From the NCBI GenBank assembly GCA_965206695.1, contig CBDBKM010000011.1, forward strand, positions 288,001 to 352,000: a stretch of DNA of 64,000 nucleotides, written 5' to 3'. The DNA comes from Chlamydiales bacterium. GTDB lineage: Bacteria > Chlamydiota > Chlamydiia > Chlamydiales > JAAZZY01. Shown one piece after another: positions 57,882 through 64,000 of this stretch. The translations under genes and the position numbers were made by a program. Every line of letters starts with the position of its first letter. Position 1 is the first letter of the stretch. Below the pieces are notes generated by a model. The model did no database searches and was not told the DNA's origin. It saw only the letters and a program-made list of their open reading frames with translations.

Positions 57882-60415
57882 TTAAGTTATCTAAATTATT
57901 ATATTTTTCTTTTATTAGTCGGTAACATAAAAATACTGAACCTTCGAGGTTACGCTTATCTTCTTTTTCAAAGCCTAATGAAGTTAAGCCTTTGAGATTT
58001 TTTCGACCAGGAGGACGTAATGCAATAATGGAGTTTAAATTCAAGATATCAAATGCATAGCGTATGATGTGTTCATAAATCGTTTTACCTACACCCCGGT
58101 ATTTATACTCATCACGAATAAACCTCCGGATATTTTGTATTCGTATAGTGTAAATTATTTTGTATGAATTCATTTTTAACACTATCAGAAGAAAAGCATC
58201 TCAGACAGCAACATAAACGAGAAAAGAATGGTCGTATACGAGATCGTATCAAGGCTGTTCTATTGTCGAATAAAGGTTGGAGTAATACTCGTATTGCTGA
58301 AGCTGTGCTTTTAGACGATGAAACACTGTCTCGTCACATTAAAGAATATCAAAATAAACAGCAATTGCATGTAGAAAGCGGTGGTTCAGTCAGTAAACTT
58401 CTTGCGCCACAGTCAGAAGAATTCATTAAACATTTAACAACTCATACCTATGTCAAAGTAGAAGATATCTGTTCTTATGTTCTCGCGAAATATGGCATTG
58501 TTTATACGATTTCAGGGATGACTTCTTGGCTACACTCACATGGTTTTTCCTATAAAAAGCCTAAAGGTACACCGGCTAAGGCAAATTCTGATCAACAAAA
58601 AGCTTGGATGCAATTTTACACCAAGCTTATGGCATCTCTGCCTAAAAATGAGCCTGTTGAATTTGCTGATGGTGTGCATCCAACTATGGCAACTAAAATT
58701 TCTTATGGTTGGATTCGACCGGGAACAAGTAAATTAATCGCAACAACAGCTTCTAGAACTCGAATGAATCTTATGGGGTCTATCAATTTAAACAGTATGA
58801 AGGTAACAATAGATGCTTATGAAACATTAAATAGCGGTACCATGGCAAAACATTTTGCTTTATTACGGTCAAAATATCCCTCAGCTCCAAATATCCATCT
58901 TATTTTAGATCAAGGTCCTTATAATACAAGTATTCAGACCAAACAAGAAGCAGAAAAACAAGGTATTATTCTCTATTATTTACCTTCTTACAGTCCTAAC
59001 CTCAATCCTATTGAACGATTATGGAAAGTGATGAATGAATATTGTCGCAATAATCGGTTTTTTAATTCTGCTAAAGAATTTCGGAGATCGATTACCGGAT
59101 TTTTTGAAAATACTTGGCCCTCTATTGCTCAATCAATGAGGACACGAATCAATGATCATTTTCAAGTCTTAGAATCGGCACTTTGATTCATAAGGGGTAT
59201 AGGAGATAAAACCAAGGCTATTTCAATCTCATCGTTTATTGCTTGGAGGCCACCCCAACCTATAAATTGCTTATTTAGTAGAAAGGCCCATGCCCCATAA
59301 CCATATTCATTCCACATTTTTTCTTTGGTATGGATAAATTTATTATAATCAGATTGATTGAAGTTATGTGTAGCTAGCGGCATATGTTTTAATAGCAGTG
59401 AATGATTCATTAGTGAGATAATATCAGATGGTTTGATATCGGAGAGTTGTATAAATTTAATCCGGCATTTTTTCGGATTAATTAAAGGTTTGCCCATAGG
59501 GAAGGTCTGCGAATTTGTCGTAATGTTATCGAACATATGAGGCAGAATACGAATATATCCTTGCTGTAAGTAAAAGAAAGCTTCAGAAACCATAACATAA
59601 AGATTCTTATACCCTTGTTGTTGTAGCCATTTTTCAATCAAGCTTATGAAGTGTTTATCAAAGCCTTGATTCTGTTTATGTGAATCTATGAGCAGCGTAT
59701 GCATGGTGATTTGTGTATCAGAGTCTCTTTGTATATGAGCATAGCCTATAATTTCTACGCCTTGATATAAAACCAAATATGTGTATTGAGGGTCTTGGGA
59801 GATATCCAATAAGGTATGAGATGGATCAAGCCGATTTTTAAGCTTTTTGATAGATTGCCACTCCGAATAATGCGTACATTGTAGCATTCGAATTCGGTTA
59901 AAGTTTGTTTTTTTTATAATGCCTTGGATAAAATCATTTTTGCCCAGATTATATCCTGAGAACGTAGAGTTTATTTTTTTGGAAGCATCAGGATCTTTAA
60001 GAAGCTTTTCTTTTAATAAAGCATATTCATCACGAGCTTCCATATGATGACGTAGGTAGTCTCTAAAAAGAAGATTGAGCTCAATTTCGGGATGATTGTC
60101 TTCATAAACATGAAGATTAATATTGTGTATACCTCGTTTGGTGAATCCATATTTAAAGGGAATATTCCACTCTCCTTTGTAGGTATAACCTACTCTTGTT
60201 AATTGAAGAATAGAGTCAGCAGGGAACTTGACAACAGCGATGATATCAATTTTAGGTTTTCCACTTAACCCTGATACGGAAGTAGAGCCAATATGATGAA
60301 TATTGATAAAGTTTATAGCTAAAGATTTTTTTATCTTGAGAGCTTCTTCTTCGAAGGTTTTTGGCCAATTAGGATCATAGGGGACTACTTCAATCACTTT
60401 GCTATTGTAAGTCAT
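57882..60415 (-). pseudogene. GrpB(UPF0157)-GNAT-GNAT fusion interrupted by IS630
   Basis: VPYDPNWP..F, HIGSTSV, KP.IDI, FRDYL; the last GNAT rejoins across the IS as EIALVLSP|KYRGVGK. Confidence 0.85.
58106..59199 (+). mobile_element. IS630-family type C copy 1 (intact 340-aa transposase)
   Basis: FADGVHP, ILDQG, LPSYSPNLNPIERLWK; TA duplication. Confidence 0.95.
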
Positions 60416-60860
60416 CCCGGACTCCCATTAATTCTACAGCCTTTTGAGCAAAAGGAGTAAGAATGTTCTGATTGATTACAGATAAATGTTTCCATTGTAC
60501 ATTTTACTTCAGCGATCACATTGGTGATAGCTTTGACAGAAGCTACTCGGTACAAAATGCCGATATGGTGAAATTTGGATATCTTATCTTCGATTGTATA
60601 GGTTCCCTGATGTGTGACGATATGTAATAGCTCACAGTTAGATGCGATCATAGCAGTTTCTTCAAGCATCTCTCTTTTAAGAGCTTGTTCAGGGGATTCT
60701 TCAAATTCAATGGCACCACCCGGCAAGCCCCAAAGATTTTGATAAGGTCCGGATTTTTTTGAGTTAATAATATTAACCTATCTCTAAGCACGATACCATA
60801 AGCACCCAATCTTCTGACATATTTGATAGATTCAGTTAGAAATCGTTGATCCGATGTCAT
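60412..60860 (-). pseudogene. NUDIX hydrolase, frameshifted
   Basis: WGLPGGAIEFEESPEQALKREMLEET Nudix box; frameshift in the T-run near 60755. Confidence 0.85.
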
Positions 60861-61440
60861 CAAAAAGCCTTTTAGTTTGTACTTCGTCTTCAAAGTATTT
60901 GATGAAAAATATTTTATTGAACTTGGGATTATGGTGATTAATACGCACAAATTCTACTTCAAATCCACATTTTTTGTAAAATTCAGGTGCTTGAAATTCA
61001 CCGGTCACCAAATGCATATTATTATAGCCTTGTCCTTTGAAACGATCTTTAATCTCTTTTAGTAACGCTCTTCTATAGCCTTGCTTCGATATTTAGAGTC
61101 TACCCAACTATCATCTACTTGACTTCCTCCAATGACTAAAACCGATGGATTCCCATCCCTCACGGTTAGGAGATTCCTTTAATCCTCTACCAACCGACTT
61201 TAAATTAAAGTAGGATTACTCTCGTTTTGTAGTAGTATCCCTTTCCAAGACTATGGGTTTTTATGAAACCCTTCCCGTATGCCCTACGGTAATTTTGAAA
61301 AACAAAAGTATTTAAACAACAAAAACCGGTTAGAACACTCTTCTCCCAATGCTAAAGCAAAGGGTTTTCTCGCTTGATTATCATAAATCTCTACAAATGC
61401 TGTGTAAGTTATAAGTACACTTATGAGATCAACAGTATTA
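60832..61440 (-). pseudogene. GNAT acetyltransferase interrupted by a mini-IS605 and truncated by IS30
   Basis: TAFVEIY|VDDSWVDSKYR...FQAPEFYKKCGF. Confidence 0.8.
61119..61382 (-). mobile_element. Non-autonomous IS605 derivative (264 bp) retaining left end, omegaRNA-like region and right end
   Basis: Left-end hairpin as at 47520, ACCGTAGGGCATACGGGAA tnpB tail, TCAA right end, inserted after TTAT without duplication. Confidence 0.8.
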
Positions 61441-62307
61441 TGTCTTTTCAACTATGAAGTGCAACAAACTTGTACTCTATTATAGCACAAATTCTTCGGA
61501 TTGAAAACCTCTATAGGTGTTTTAAAATTCAAACTTTTTCCGGGTCTTTCATTAAGCAGTTTTTCTATCTCTTTTACATCCTCTTGTGTCACATTATTAA
61601 AGTTTGTTTTCTTAGGCAAATACTGTCTAACTAACCCATTCGTATGTTCATTCAACCCTCTTTCCCGGGAATGATAGGGTTTAGCAAAATAAAACTCTGC
61701 TTTGAGTGTTGAACTTACTTCTTGATGCCGAGAAAACTCTAAACCATTATCTGCTGTTAATGTGTGAACTCTATCCTTAACAGGCTTTAAACAGGTAATT
61801 AAAGCATCGGCAACACCGAGGCCTTGTTTAGACTTTACCTTCATAAGCATCGTATATTTAGAAGCACGCTCAACAATAGAAACAATCACTCCTTGATGAT
61901 TTTTGCCTATTATCGTATCTAATTCAAAATCTCCTATTCTTGTTTTTTCATCGACAATACAAGGTCTTTTATCAATATCGACTCTATTGGGAATACAGCC
62001 TCGGCCTGCTTTATCTGAACCTCGCTTTTTATACTTCTTACCTTTGTGTCTTAAATTTTTATATAAATTGCCCCAATTTCGTTTATCTTTCCAAATATGA
62101 CGATAAATACTTTCGTGGCTGATAAGCAGGCCTTCTTCTTCTTTCAATCGACCGGATATTTGAACAGGACTCCATTGAAGCAGTAATTTACTTTCTATCT
62201 TCATAAGTAGTTCAGGGGTCATTTTCTTTGTTTTACTGCTCGCTTTTGAACGCCTTCTTTTAGTTTTGATTTGTGCTGCAAAATAGATATATCTGCCTTC
62301 ATAGCTA
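61441..62307 (-). mobile_element. IS30-family element, 5'-truncated by IS630
   Basis: GDFELDT, TADNGLEF, NEHTNGLVRQY; right TIR at about 61443. Confidence 0.92.
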
Positions 62308-63401
62308 TACCCCTTATGAATCAAAGTGCCGATTCTAAGACTTGAAAATGATCATTGATTCGTTTCCTCATTGATTGAGCAATAGAGGGCCAAGTATTTT
62401 CAAAAAATCCGGTAATCGATCTCCGAAATTCTTTAGCAGAATTAAAAAACCGATTATTGCAACAATATTCATTCATCACTTTCCATAATCGTTCAATGGG
62501 ATTGAGGTTAGGACTGTAAGAAGGTAAATAATAGAGAATAATACCTTGTTTTTCTGCTTCTTGTTTGGTCTGAATACTTGTATTATAAGGGCCTTGATCT
62601 AAAATAAGATGGATATTTGGAGCTGAGGGGTATTTTGACCGTAGCAAAGCAAAATGCTTTGCCATGGTACCGCTATTTAATGTTTCATAAGCATCTATTG
62701 TTACCTTCATACTGTTTAAATTGATAGACACCATAAGATTCATTCGAGTACGAGAAGCTGTTGTTGCAATCAATTTATCTGTTCCCGGTCGAATCCAACC
62801 ATAAGAAATTTTAGTTGCCATAGTTGGATGTACGCCATCAGCAAATTCAACAGGCTCATTTTTAGGCAGAGATGCCATAAGCTTGGTGTAAAATTGCATC
62901 CAAGCTTTTTGTTGATCAGAATTTGCCTTAGCCGGTGTACCTTTAGGCTTTTTATAGGAAAAACCATGTGAGTGTAGCCAAGAAGTCATCCCTGAAATCG
63001 TATAAACAATGCCATATTTCGCGAGAACATAAGAACAGATATCTTCTACTTTGACATAGGTATGAGTTGTTAAATGTTTAATGAATTCTTCTGACTGTGG
63101 CGCAAGAAGTTTACTGACTGAACCACCGCTTTCTACATGCAATTGCTGTTTATTTTGATATTCTTTAATGTGACGAGACAGTGTTTCATCGTCTAAAAGC
63201 ACAGCTTCAGCAATACGAGTATTACTCCAACCTTTATTCGACAATAGAACAGCCTTGATACGATCTCGTATACGACCATTCTTTTCTCGTTTATGTTGCT
63301 GTCTGAGATGCTTTTCTTCTGATAGTGTTAAAAATGAATTCATACAAAATAATTTACACTATACGAATACAAAATATCCGGAGGTTTATTCGTGATGAGT
63401 A
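62308..63401 (-). mobile_element. IS630-family type C copy 2
   Basis: Near-identical to 58106-59199. Confidence 0.95.
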
Positions 63402-63446
63402 TATATTCTCTCATATACTCTAAAGTCATTAATCATGTATCTTCTA

Positions 63447-64000
63447 TAGTCATTTAATTTTACATTGATAAGATTGCTTGATCAATGGCGAATTTAAAAT
63501 TCGTAACTTTTCGTAATATCTCTCTAACTTTATTTTTCATATTAGCCCAATATTTTTCTATAGGATTTAAGTCCGGAGAATAGGGAGGAAGAAACATAAG
63601 CTTACAACCGGCAGATTCTACTGTTTTCCTGCTTTCCGCTGACTTGTGAAAACCGGCATTGTCAAGAATAAGAACACTACCGGGTGTAAGCTGAGGAGTC
63701 AAAACTTCCTTAAGCCAAATATTGAATAACCCGGTATTACAAGTACCTTCAAAACACATTGGAGATAAAAACTGCCCTTTAGATAGGGCTGAAATAATAT
63801 TTTGCCTTATAAAGCGGTTTCCTGAAACCGCTCCAAAAACTTTTTTGCCGCGTAAGCTTCTTCCGGACTCACGAAATAAAAATTGATGAATCCCGGTTTC
63901 ATCGAGATAAATTCTCTTGTCAAAGGGAATATTTTTTAAATCTTTCATAAAAGCTTCCCGTTTCTTTTCATCTCTTTCCTTATAGCGAGTAGTTTTTTTT
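63447..64000 (-). mobile_element. IS630-family type A copy 3 (runs off the window)
   Basis: Near-identical to the 54660 copy. Confidence 0.93.

Noticed and set aside
58106..63401. Inverted IS630 pair as a composite transposon or inversion
   Set aside because: The left copy is a clean insertion whose two flanks rejoin into one gene, so the interval did not move as a unit.
1..64000. CRISPR array or cas genes
   Set aside because: No regularly spaced direct repeats; the repeats present are IS ends, MITEs or gene duplications.

Overview
AT-rich bacterial chromosome segment that looks like an environmental chlamydia. The evidence is adjacent HIT and MYG1 genes, a DUF1207/BON protein and effector-like orphans. 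Intact genes include rmuC (partial), pntA1/A2/B, cyoABCD, cyoE, pheS, tRNA-Ser and sufE. Accessory content includes a two-partner secretion pair with a heavily frameshifted TpsA, a paralogous orphan cluster, a GH18 hydrolase and two inverted copies of a lipase-motif effector-like gene. There is also a C5-methyltransferase/HpaII-family endonuclease/Vsr locus and a heavy load of IS elements (IS630, IS1634, IS30, IS5, IS701, IS982, IS256, IS200/IS605), MITEs and pseudogenes. The strongest unexplained signal is a large excess of the palindrome CCGG with few CTGG/CCAG. Conserved codons in decaying genes repeatedly read as CTGG/CCAG->CCGG changes, which suggests a Vsr-driven mutational ratchet from the resident restriction-modification locus. 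Two protein-free TnpB omegaRNA-like elements are also present, one directly behind a sigma70-type promoter. Family assignments are from motif recognition by eye and counts are by hand; no searches were run.
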